A stretch of DNA of 64,000 bases from positions 61,729 to 125,728 of the forward strand of contig JBHLPF010000001.1 of assembly GCA_048939765.1 (NCBI GenBank), read 5' to 3'. The DNA is from Promethearchaeota archaeon (lineage in GTDB: Archaea; Asgardarchaeota; Thorarchaeia; Thorarchaeales; Thorarchaeaceae). Below the pieces are notes generated by a model that did not search any database, was not told the DNA's origin, and saw only the letters and a program-made list of their open reading frames with translations. Positions 20,233-29,206 of the stretch are shown here, piece after piece (position 1 is the stretch's first letter; each line of letters begins with the position of its first letter). Made by a program: the position numbers and the translations under genes.

Positions 20233-22056
20233 ATGTGTGGTATAATCGGTGTCGTCCAGAAGCGTGGTCAAGTAGCTCCGTTTCTGCACCAAGCATTGAA
20301 ACGCCTTGAATATCGCGGATACGATTCTGTGGGCGTAACAACGATTTCAGGCGACAAGCTACACATGAAGAAGGACAAGGGTAAGATTGAGGAGGTCCAT
20401 ATGAAGCTCAATCTTGATGAGATGCCTGGTAGTATCGGAATTGGGCATACTCGTTGGGCGACTCATGGAATACCATCCATGTATAACTCTCATCCGCACT
20501 TCGATTGCAATAATCAGATTGCTGTTGTGCATAATGGAGTCATCGACAATTTCCTAGAGCTTAGAAAGGAACTTGCGTCGAAAGGACACAAATTCGGCTC
20601 TGAAACCGACACTGAAGTCATTCCTCATATGATTGAAGACTATGTCGCTGATGGCATGAATCTGACCGAGGCAATCACGGAGGTCACTAAGAGAATTGAG
20701 GGTACATATGCCATTGTTGCCATGATGATAAAAGAACCAGGCAAGATTGTTTGTACTCGTGATGGAAACCCTCTTGTATTAGGGAGAAAGGAGGGTGTCA
20801 CCTACGTGTCATCTGATATTCCTGCATTCTTGCCGATGACTAATGACATGATTTTACTCCTTGATGGAGAAGTCGCAACATTGACTACTGATAATGTTGA
20901 GATTAAGAAGCTCTCTGATGGAAGCATAGTAGAGAGAGAGTCTATCGAAATCAGTTGGACTGCGGATCAGGCGCAGAAGGGTGGGTTTCCACACTTCATG
21001 TTGAAAGAAATACATGAGCAACCTGATGCAATCAGAAACACATTGAGACTAAGACCTGAAGTTCTGCAGCAGGCCGCCAAATTGATTCTTGATAGCAAGA
21101 ATGTCTACATCCTAGCAATGGGTACATCTGGACATGCAGCGATAGCTGGAAAGCATATGTTCGCGTCTCTTGGTGGAGTAGTACCCAGATTCGAGCTTGC
21201 CAGTGATTTTCCTGATACGGTGTATAATGCATTGTCTGAGGATGACTGCATAATCGCCATCACACAGTCAGGAGAAACGACGGACACCATCTTTGCTGTG
21301 AAATACGCGAGAACATTTGGAACGAAGGTGTTAGCTCTCACTAATGTTGTCGGGAGTTCAATAACACGAATAGCAGACCACACAATCATCACTCAGGCTG
21401 GTCCAGAAATCGGAGTGGCCGCTACTAAGACCTTCATGGTTCAACTTACGGCATTAGCCCAGATAGCTCTGGTTCTTGGGGAGATGACTGGGACTGTAGA
21501 TAGCGAACTGTTGGAGAAGAAACGTGAGAGTCTGAGAAAACTTCCAGAGATTATTTCAGAGGTCATCTCAAGAAATGAAGAACAAGCTAGGCGCCTTGCA
21601 GGAATGTTCTATGACAGGCCGAGTCTTCTCTTTCTAGGACGGGGCATATCTCAAGCCACCGCTGAAGAGGGGGCTCTCAAACTCAAGGAGATAGCATATA
21701 ATCATGCTGAAGCGTATTCAGCTGGACTGTCAAAACATGGACCTATTGCGCTAGTCCATAGCGGATATCCCGTGGTTTTCATCGCGCCAAGAGATGAAAC
21801 GAGAAACAGACTCATCGGGAATATCATGGAAATGAAAGCTCGGGGGGCGACAATCATTTCAGTTATCGAGAAGGGTGACGAGGAGCTGGAAAGCCTCTCT
21901 GACTACTTATTTACTGTACCCAGAGGAGTGGACTCCGAGTTTTCTGTAATGCCCTACATTGTACCACTTCAACTCTTCAGCTATTACATGGCTCGGAGAA
22001 AGGGCTATGATCCGGACAAGCCTCGGAACTTGGCAAAGTCTGTGACTGTTCTTTGA
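20233..22056 (+). CDS. glmS: Glutamine-fructose-6-phosphate transaminase
   Basis: MCGIIG, LEYRGYDS, GHTRWATHG, PRNLAKSVTV. Confidence 0.98.
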   Translation: MCGIIGVVQKRGQVAPFLHQALKRLEYRGYDSVGVTTISGDKLHMKKDKGKIEEVHMKLNLDEMPGSIGIGHTRWATHGIPSMYNSHPHFDCNNQIAVVHNGVIDNFLELRKELASKGHKFGSETDTEVIPHMIEDYVADGMNLTEAITEVTKRIEGTYAIVAMMIKEPGKIVCTRDGNPLVLGRKEGVTYVSSDIPAFLPMTNDMILLLDGEVATLTTDNVEIKKLSDGSIVERESIEISWTADQAQKGGFPHFMLKEIHEQPDAIRNTLRLRPEVLQQAAKLILDSKNVYILAMGTSGHAAIAGKHMFASLGGVVPRFELASDFPDTVYNALSEDDCIIAITQSGETTDTIFAVKYARTFGTKVLALTNVVGSSITRIADHTIITQAGPEIGVAATKTFMVQLTALAQIALVLGEMTGTVDSELLEKKRESLRKLPEIISEVISRNEEQARRLAGMFYDRPSLLFLGRGISQATAEEGALKLKEIAYNHAEAYSAGLSKHGPIALVHSGYPVVFIAPRDETRNRLIGNIMEMKARGATIISVIEKGDEELESLSDYLFTVPRGVDSEFSVMPYIVPLQLFSYYMARRKGYDPDKPRNLAKSVTVL

Positions 22057-22093
22057 GGACTTTAAATCCACACTTCATTCGATTATCTAGTGT

Positions 22094-22351
22094 GTGAAAC
22101 CAATGCTTGCATATTTACTTAGTCCGTTGGCTGACTTTGCAAACCTGGTAGCAGGTTACTTTGCGGAAATATGGGACTTCCTGATTTTTATAGGTGGGAT
22201 TTCCGCGGCGATAGTCGTCCTCGCGGGAGCAATTCTATGGTTCACAGAGGTAAACTCAAAGCGTGGAAAAGGTCTAGTGATGAGTGGAGTACTTCTCGCA
22301 GTAATCGTGCAGTACTTCATCATGTATCCTCCCATTTTTGGTGTTGGTTAA
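22094..22351 (+). CDS. Small two-TM protein, VirB2/CedA1/TedC pilin-like architecture
   Basis: Two hydrophobic helices joined by a basic loop (GAILWFTEVNSKRGKGLVMSGVLL). Confidence 0.55.
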   Translation: MKPMLAYLLSPLADFANLVAGYFAEIWDFLIFIGGISAAIVVLAGAILWFTEVNSKRGKGLVMSGVLLAVIVQYFIMYPPIFGVG

Positions 22352-22365
22352 GCCCTTTCATGGAA

Positions 22366-23568
22366 TCATAGAAGTTCCTTGATGATCATCCTGAGCGACT
22401 CAGTCAGTCGATCAATGTCCTCGATGGTGTTGTATGCGTGTAGTGACACTTGAACAAGTCCCTCCTCTGAGAATGGCTTGATAAGCGGATGAGCACAGAC
22501 TAGACCACTTCTGACTGCAATATTGGAGTCATCAAGGAAGAGAGCAATCTCGTGGCAGTTGATTCCATTCTTGTCGCCGATATTGAATCCAAAGATATTA
22601 TTCTCCCTGGTAGGGTTACCATAGAGAATTATTCCTTCTATCTCGCTGAGAGCATCATAAGTGTAGGCGGAAATTGCTTTCATGTGTTTGAGCTGACCCT
22701 GATTCCTAAGTTCACGAAGATAATCAAGTGAAGCGCCTAGACCCGCTATCGCTGGAAGATTAAGGATGCCAGATTCGAATTTGTCTGGTTGGAGGGCAAT
22801 CTCGAATGATTCAGCTTCAACATTGGCGACTGCGGAACCACCAATTACACCAGGCTTGTGGGATTCCCCAAGGTCCTTTCGAATCCACTGTAATGCGAGT
22901 CCTGGAGGACCCATCAGACCGATATTTGCTGAACATATAGCTACGTCAGCATGCAGAAACGAAAGATTTGTGTCTGTCACGCCTATGGATCGTGTTGCAT
23001 CTGTGAGAAGTAATGCTTCATGTTCTTGACAGATTTTAGCTACTTCTCCAAGCGGATTTCTCACACCAGCCCCCATGGTTACATGACTGACTGCAACAAT
23101 TCCTGCTTCTGCGTTGACTGCTTTGTCGAGTTCTGACATATTCAAGGCACCATCAGAGAATAACGGAACAGTTTCAACTTGAAGGTCTAATATCTGAGCT
23201 ACCCTCAGGAGGGTAACAAGGATTGAATGCTCTTCACTCTGAGCAATTACAATCTTGTTCCGATTTGCCTCTTTCCAGTCAAACCCGTATGCAAAAGATG
23301 CAACCGCGGTCGGGATAGATTTCTGGAAAGAAACTTGTGACGTGTCAGTAGCCATGAACTCCGCTAATGACTTACGGACATTCTCAGTCATGGAACTGGC
23401 GTTAACAGTCAGTCTATAGGCACCTCTTCTGGCGGATGATACTGTTGTGTTGAGGAATCTATATGTGGCATCAGCAGCAGTCCGAGGAACCAAGGTAGTA
23501 CTTGCTGAATCAAGATACACCAGTTCTGGTTCTACATCATAAACGCCGAAATCTGCCTTGATATCCAT
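22366..23568 (-). CDS. SufS/cysteine desulfurase-like class V aminotransferase fold, apparently degenerate
   Basis: VYLDSASTT, EEHS, TDAT, KFESG, AVRSGLVCA; start taken at MDIKADF. Confidence 0.8.
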   Translation of the reverse strand: MDIKADFGVYDVEPELVYLDSASTTLVPRTAADATYRFLNTTVSSARRGAYRLTVNASSMTENVRKSLAEFMATDTSQVSFQKSIPTAVASFAYGFDWKEANRNKIVIAQSEEHSILVTLLRVAQILDLQVETVPLFSDGALNMSELDKAVNAEAGIVAVSHVTMGAGVRNPLGEVAKICQEHEALLLTDATRSIGVTDTNLSFLHADVAICSANIGLMGPPGLALQWIRKDLGESHKPGVIGGSAVANVEAESFEIALQPDKFESGILNLPAIAGLGASLDYLRELRNQGQLKHMKAISAYTYDALSEIEGIILYGNPTRENNIFGFNIGDKNGINCHEIALFLDDSNIAVRSGLVCAHPLIKPFSEEGLVQVSLHAYNTIEDIDRLTESLRMIIKELL

Positions 23569-23631
23569 TGCCACCACAGTCAGTTTCTTAGCGGAGGTCT
23601 CTTTAATTGTTGGCCTTGTGTTCAGAAATCG

Positions 23632-24660
23632 ATGAGTCCTTTGAGTGTTACACCTGTTGAAGGTTATTTCATAATGACCGATGATGATCTTCTGTTCGAA
23701 GTGAAAGGAATCGTCCATCCCAAGGACAGAGTCATTGCGTACCTGCGCTACATCCAGGATAAGCATGGAGATCGCCAGTCAAGAAGTGGGACTCGGTTCA
23801 GAAAGGTGTACAACTTGAAGGAACGAGATGAGATTCTTCACAGAGAGTATCCCCAGTATCTCTGGCTCGATGAAAACCGTGGACGGGAATTTCAGGCGGT
23901 TCCGAGAAACCGTGTTTCATTCGTTCTGAGTCCGATAGATGGACTGCGACAGCTTCTCGATATGGGAATACATATCACTGCTTTGGAGAAAGCGTCCCGA
24001 GCTCTTGCTGAACTCCTTGTGGATAAAGCTGGAATAGAATGGTCAGACATTGGACTTACAGGGTCTCAACTTGTAGGCCTTTCCAGCGAGAAGTCTGACA
24101 TCGACCTTGTTGTCTACGGATCAAAGTCCGCAAGAAGGATTCATAGTGTGCTTAGGGACGAATTTGACTCGTTGCCTGGAATAGAACGATACCATGGAAT
24201 TCGGTTGAAAAGGCATGTGAAGTTTAGATGGGACAAACATGATCAATGGGAGATGTCACTACAGAAGATTGAATCTCAAAAAGTACTCCAAGGATTGTTT
24301 AGGTCATATGACTTCTTCATCAGGATGGTCAAGCTTCCTAGCGAGGTAGAATACAAGTATGAAGACCTAATCATCAGGAATAAGGGCATCCAGACAATCG
24401 AGTGTTTAGTCATAGATGACACTGATTCAATATTCACTCCATGCACCTACACTGTAGAATCCGATATGACCAACCTGCGGAGATTGGTTAGTTTTCGAGG
24501 GAGATTCACAGAGCATGTCTTTGCGGGTGAATCTGTTGAGGCACGCGGAAGAATGGAAACTGTGACCAATGTGAACACGAACGAGTCTTTCACTCAGTTG
24601 GTCCTCGGTGAAGATCCATTGGACTATTTGATACCAATTCAAGCCATCCAAAAGAATTGA
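23632..24660 (+). CDS. Predicted nucleotidyltransferase (COG1665-like)
   Basis: FEVKGIVHPKDRVIAYLRY, GLTGSQLVG..SDIDLVVYG, C-terminal OB-like EARG. Confidence 0.8.
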   Translation: MSPLSVTPVEGYFIMTDDDLLFEVKGIVHPKDRVIAYLRYIQDKHGDRQSRSGTRFRKVYNLKERDEILHREYPQYLWLDENRGREFQAVPRNRVSFVLSPIDGLRQLLDMGIHITALEKASRALAELLVDKAGIEWSDIGLTGSQLVGLSSEKSDIDLVVYGSKSARRIHSVLRDEFDSLPGIERYHGIRLKRHVKFRWDKHDQWEMSLQKIESQKVLQGLFRSYDFFIRMVKLPSEVEYKYEDLIIRNKGIQTIECLVIDDTDSIFTPCTYTVESDMTNLRRLVSFRGRFTEHVFAGESVEARGRMETVTNVNTNESFTQLVLGEDPLDYLIPIQAIQKN

Positions 24661-24663
24661 CAT

Positions 24664-25097
24664 ATTCACCTCATTAACAGGTTTTCACAGTGAGTATCTG
24701 TGAATGGCGCCTTTTTTGTGAATCATTCTCATGAAAGAGCCTTTAAATCGCCTTAATCAGCGGAAGGACAGCCCATAAACCCTCTTAAGCCTGTGAATGA
24801 AGCCACCCCTTGGTTTCCAGTGGAACAGGACAAGAAGAGATATGAAATACTAATCGACTCATTCACAAAGCACATATTCTAGTGAACAGCAGAAGGTTTG
24901 AACATTTCCCTTCTTTTCCAAAAATAAGGTTTCATAACGCTTATTTTGTCTAAAATTGACCGCACAAGCTGCCAGCACATCGATATCAACGTGGACGTGT
25001 TCTGAATAGGTATAGGCGCATTATGTTGCCGTTATCTCCGTATTGCTAATTCACATACTCACACTTATTTGGTCACAGTCAGTTATCGGGTGTGAAT
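24664..25097. repeat. Cluster of GTGAAT/ATTCAC repeats in a ~470-bp intergenic region
   Basis: Exact copies at 24664, 24700, 24718, 24793, 24861, 25049, 25092, plus near-copies at 24682, 24690, 24882, 25057. Confidence 0.65.
24804..24826 (-). promoter_or_regulatory. ORB (Orc1/Cdc6-binding origin recognition box)
   Basis: Minus strand GTTCCACTGGAAACCAAGGGGTG matches the ORB pattern TCCA-TGGAAA--AAGGGG. Confidence 0.75.
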
Positions 25098-25131
25098 ATT
25101 GAAATGGGTATGAGTTACTCGGATACAGGTC

Positions 25132-25770
25132 TTGGTGGAATACTTGAAGTCTGAAGATCGTACAAACTATGTCTATCGGTTCACCTACAACTCGGGACCA
25201 GGACTTCGAGAAGTGTTCCAGTGCAAGTATGTCAGACCCGATGAGGCGTTAACTAGGTTTCAGAGAATTCTGTCCTTGACAAATGAGCCCTTTGATTTCA
25301 AGATAGTAGTAATTGACGAAGCAAAAAGGGAAGAATCTAGCTTTGAAGTTGAGGGTGGTAGCGTAAAGGAAATGATTGAGAAGTTCCGAGTCTTCTTGGA
25401 AGCAAGCACAGGCATCCTGTTTGTCCCAGAACAAGAGAGTGTTGAAGTAGAGTTTGAAGAGATCAGTTTCGAGTCAATGAGTAGCTTTGAGAAAATGCAC
25501 ATAGTGATCTACGCGTCATTCAAACATGGCAAGTTCTCCTCACTTGATGTTGCCGAGATATTTGAAGCAACATTCAATGAAGACTTGCCAAAGAGTACTG
25601 CATCTACATACTTAGCCAGAATGTGGAATGATGGTAAGGGACACCTGGAACGCTATGGCAATCGTTCTGGCTACACATATAGGCTCAAGACAGAAATGGC
25701 AGAGGTTCAAAAGGAAACTGAGAGAGCCGAAGATATCCTTGCATCGATTCAGATACGCGTTGGTAAATAG
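25132..25770 (+). CDS. Hypothetical protein with C-terminal winged-helix DNA-binding domain
   Basis: FSSLDVAEIFEATFNEDLPKSTASTYLARM..GHLERYG..YTYRL. Confidence 0.75.
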   Translation: MVEYLKSEDRTNYVYRFTYNSGPGLREVFQCKYVRPDEALTRFQRILSLTNEPFDFKIVVIDEAKREESSFEVEGGSVKEMIEKFRVFLEASTGILFVPEQESVEVEFEEISFESMSSFEKMHIVIYASFKHGKFSSLDVAEIFEATFNEDLPKSTASTYLARMWNDGKGHLERYGNRSGYTYRLKTEMAEVQKETERAEDILASIQIRVGK

Positions 25771-25792
25771 AACGGCTCTCTTTAGTGATTCT

Positions 25793-27112
25793 CTATTGTT
25801 TGACAGTACGTTCCTCCAGTTTGATACCTAGCGTTTCCAATTCCTTTAGAATTGGTTCATAGACTTCCGGCATGACTGGTCTGTGGACTCCCACCAAGTC
25901 TACAGATTCCTCAAGGATCATCCTGCTAGCAATTGCCACAGGAAATGCAACCGTTCTAGACATGGAAGAGTCACCATTGGGTATGCCGTAGTCAATCATT
26001 GTGGATGTGATCTTCTCTCTTCTGTCAGGATATTCTGCGATGAACTCATGGTGCATGACGAGCATATCACGTTCGCCAGGAGCATACTGTAGCTTCTGCT
26101 CAAACAGATTACAGACAGAATCGAGATACGTTATGACATCGGAAGGAATCTCTTGGTCACTGAAAAGACCCAGCCATTCAAGACGCTGCACTATCGGATC
26201 ATTGCTCTTGAGACCAATCGTTCTCGCTGTAGCATCTATGGAAAACTCAGAATCAGCTGCATTGGTCAGCTCACTCATCATCTTAGCATATGTCATTCCA
26301 CCAAAGTTCCGTTCTTCAATGGACAAGAGACCGAGGTCCGCCACTTTCTTGAGCGTCCCACACCAACCCAAGTTCCTGTAAGTGCCTCTCTGCATGGTCT
26401 TGGTTTCTTGGATGCCATAATAGTCTATGAAAGGCATGCTGTCACGATTAGGATAGCCTTCAAACTTCCCAATCCCAGGCACCTCCATTATCTTGTAGTG
26501 GTCAAAGAGCTCAGGACCTGGAATCTTGACTACTTTTCCATCAAGCAGGAATTGAGCGTCATTACGACCGGCAAGAAGAACACCTCGTGGGCTCCAAGAG
26601 AGCTTGTACCCAAATGGGTTGTCGTTAGCATCTGGAGCTGGTAGGCCTCCAGTAAAGGATGTGAAGCTGGCAATCTTTCCATCCTGATTGTGGACATGAT
26701 CAATGATCCGCATGGCACTCATGTGGTCAATGCCTGGGTCGACTCCACACTCATTTAGAACTAGGACTCCAGCAGCTCTAGCTTCTTCATCCAGCGCTTT
26801 CATCTCATCTGAGATGTAGGAAGTTGTACAGAACGGTTTCTTGTGCTTGATAGCTACCTTTGCCGCTTTCACATGATAGGTGTAAGGCAGAAGAGAACAG
26901 ACCAAATCAGCTTGGGAGGTCAATTCATCAAGAAGGTCGTCATCTGTCTTTATGTTGAAAGCGACAGCCTCAGCAGTCTTGCACCCCTCAATCAGTCGTT
27001 CTGCTTTGCTCTTGGTTCTACTTGCGACCACAACATGAAAGCCGTGATGACACAGATATTGGACGTATGGGCGGGCCACGAGGCCTGCACCTAGACAAAG
27101 GACTTTCTTCAT
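25793..27112 (-). CDS. Saccharopine dehydrogenase (glutamate-forming, Lys9/AASS-SDH-like)
   Basis: KKVLCLGAGLVARP, SLLPYTYH, NECGVDPGIDHM, GGLPAP, YKLSWSPRG, MSRTVA. Confidence 0.92.
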   Translation of the reverse strand: MKKVLCLGAGLVARPYVQYLCHHGFHVVVASRTKSKAERLIEGCKTAEAVAFNIKTDDDLLDELTSQADLVCSLLPYTYHVKAAKVAIKHKKPFCTTSYISDEMKALDEEARAAGVLVLNECGVDPGIDHMSAMRIIDHVHNQDGKIASFTSFTGGLPAPDANDNPFGYKLSWSPRGVLLAGRNDAQFLLDGKVVKIPGPELFDHYKIMEVPGIGKFEGYPNRDSMPFIDYYGIQETKTMQRGTYRNLGWCGTLKKVADLGLLSIEERNFGGMTYAKMMSELTNAADSEFSIDATARTIGLKSNDPIVQRLEWLGLFSDQEIPSDVITYLDSVCNLFEQKLQYAPGERDMLVMHHEFIAEYPDRREKITSTMIDYGIPNGDSSMSRTVAFPVAIASRMILEESVDLVGVHRPVMPEVYEPILKELETLGIKLEERTVKQ

Positions 27113-27114
27113 AG

Positions 27115-28431
27115 CTATCTCTCCTCACCTGATAGATATTCTTTCAAATACTCGTAATCTTTCGTCAGTTCTCCTTGATATACAATCACAGCATCCTTGA
27201 GCTCCCTAGGCAGTTCGAGGTTCTCAAATGGAACCGTGAAATCTGTATTCGCCAGCGCAGGTATGTAGTCCAAAAGGGTTTCGCTAAACGAAGTTGATGA
27301 CTCCCGAGGAAGTTCAGCGGGAAGATTGTCAACAGCCATCACCGCCGGGCCTTCTCCTTCTACGCCAGCTTCTGCTCTATTCTCGTCTACTAGATAGGTA
27401 AATGCAGGACTTCCAGGATTGGCTGTTCTGACTGTGAACTCAATGGCACCGTCAACGTCACAGGAGATATCACCAACGACCTCGAGCCGCCTATTCTTGT
27501 CTTTCCAGTGACCTCTGATGAAGTCCTTTGTTATGAGACGGGGGTATTTCTCAGTCCAGTATATACAATTCATAATAACTGGCATGTAAGGAACATACCT
27601 GTGGAAGACTCCCCGATACTTTGCACCACCATGCTTGTAGTAGTCCTGGAGATCGAACTCAACGCCTTGTTCCTTTGGTTCTACCATGTGCTCCTCCTTG
27701 AAGACACATTTGTACAAGATATTCGATTTTGGACTTGATATCTTGGATAATTGAGCTGGTTCCACTTCTTCGTAGGGCAAGATATTGAACATCTGTTGTG
27801 CGCCGCGTGAAACATTTCCATATCCAGCAAATCCGATTACAAAGGGAGTCATGTTCTCCGGTAGACCCATATTCGTTATTCTCTCACCGAGTGCTTCAAA
27901 TTCCTCTCTGACTTCTGAGAGATTCTTGCATTCTAGAGTAGGTTTCATACCAGCAAAAGGATTGGGGGTGATTCCTTTGCAATCTAATCGTTCCCCCAAT
28001 ACTCTGAGTGTATCTGAAATCCCGGCCATTCCAGCCCAGTTTCCAAAGAAAATTAATCGTCTGCCTTTTTCATCCACAACACGCTCATAGTCTATCAGTG
28101 TCGCACCCACATCGAGAATTTGTTGGAGCATGTCCATATTGTCTTCTTGTCCCTTGATTGTATGACTGAAGAAGACGTACACTTTCCCCTTCTCGAAGAA
28201 GTTGATTGGCATCTCCTTGATTCCTAGAATCACAGGTACCTCACTGCCTTTCAAAGACTTGACTTCTGCCCCTGCATCGATGAAATCTTGGGCGGCAAAT
28301 GTACGCTGATCACTAGGCTCCACAACAAATCGAATGTTGTACTTCCCTGCAAGATTTTCAATATGTTTGGGTATCAGAGGCACCCTTGATTCGAATGCCT
28401 TCTCTTCACTTCGTAGTCCGATGATGTTCAT
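27115..28431 (-). CDS. Lysine-ketoglutarate reductase / saccharopine dehydrogenase (AASS-LKR-like)
   Basis: IGLRSEEKAFESRVPL, GIKEMP, FFSHTIKGQ, LIDYE, GNVSRGAQ, DISCD, AVDNLPAELPRESS; start taken at MNIIG. Confidence 0.9.
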   Translation of the reverse strand: MNIIGLRSEEKAFESRVPLIPKHIENLAGKYNIRFVVEPSDQRTFAAQDFIDAGAEVKSLKGSEVPVILGIKEMPINFFEKGKVYVFFSHTIKGQEDNMDMLQQILDVGATLIDYERVVDEKGRRLIFFGNWAGMAGISDTLRVLGERLDCKGITPNPFAGMKPTLECKNLSEVREEFEALGERITNMGLPENMTPFVIGFAGYGNVSRGAQQMFNILPYEEVEPAQLSKISSPKSNILYKCVFKEEHMVEPKEQGVEFDLQDYYKHGGAKYRGVFHRYVPYMPVIMNCIYWTEKYPRLITKDFIRGHWKDKNRRLEVVGDISCDVDGAIEFTVRTANPGSPAFTYLVDENRAEAGVEGEGPAVMAVDNLPAELPRESSTSFSETLLDYIPALANTDFTVPFENLELPRELKDAVIVYQGELTKDYEYLKEYLSGEER

Positions 28432-28552
28432 TCGGGAGCTCCTGCCTGGCTGCAGACATTGCCGCGTGGAACAATTCCTATGCATTAACCTTTCCATTTC
28501 GGACCAATTTTGTATTACTAAGACTGAAAATGTGAACATGTGTTCCAATTTT

Positions 28553-28837
28553 ATGACATTTTTCCTCTATTTGTATGATTGTCGGCGCGCTCGCGAAACC
28601 AATGCTCGACGTGTTTCATTTACTAAGGAGCTCTATGGATATACCTACACATGGAAGACAAAGATGGGGATTAGACAGAAAAGAAAGCCAGGTCTTATTG
28701 ATACATCAGGGGCATTAGCAGTGGCTGACTCTGCAATATTGGTGCCTGGAGAATATAGATCTCTCTTCGATTCATTGTTCAGATCCTATTCTGACATATT
28801 GAAGGCTAGGGTTTTTGAAGTTCTAAGAGAGATTTGA
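28553..28837 (+). CDS. Small hypothetical protein, possible Cas2/VapD-like ferredoxin fold, adjacent to the origin
   Basis: FFLYLYDC...RRVSFTKELYGY...KPGLI...ADSAILVP; 94 aa; start chosen so as not to overlap the divergent LKR gene. Confidence 0.6.
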   Translation: MTFFLYLYDCRRARETNARRVSFTKELYGYTYTWKTKMGIRQKRKPGLIDTSGALAVADSAILVPGEYRSLFDSLFRSYSDILKARVFEVLREI

Positions 28838-28840
28838 TTA

Positions 28841-29105
28841 GAACACGTGTTCCAATACCCAAGACACCCCTTGATTTCCATTAGAAATCTTTGAAAGTAT
28901 CGATACTTATCGAAAAGGGTAAATATAAATACCCGTTTGTGGAGCTCGCATTCATCTCCATTTTATCATTATTATTCATTCACCGCTCTTGATCCCCCCA
29001 TTTTATCATTTCCAGTGGAAATGAAGGGGTGTCAGACCATAATATCTGGATATAGGGTATATTAATATGTTAGAACACGTGTTCTATGGTATTATGCGTA
29101 TTACA
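28841..29105. other. Putative chromosomal replication origin (oriC)
   Basis: Inverted ORBs at 28863-28887 (minus TTTCTAATGGAAATCAAGGGGTGTC) and 29009-29033 (TTTCCAGTGGAAATGAAGGGGTGTC), 22/25 identical; AT-rich spacer with CCATTTTATCATT twice (28958, 28998); GAACACGTGTTC palindromes at 28841 and 29073. Confidence 0.8.
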
Positions 29106-29206
29106 AAATCAAGGTTTGGGAGCATTTCCAGTACCACAAGGTTGATAGACTGATTTACCTCCGGACGGCTTGTGCTTGTCGTTTATGGAGATCGGAGGCT
29201 AGGTGA

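Noticed and set aside
24664-25097. CRISPR array interpretation of the repeats, given the Cas2-like ORF at 28553
   Set aside because: The repeats are 6-mers in both orientations with irregular spacing; there is no 24-48 bp repeat-spacer structure anywhere in the window
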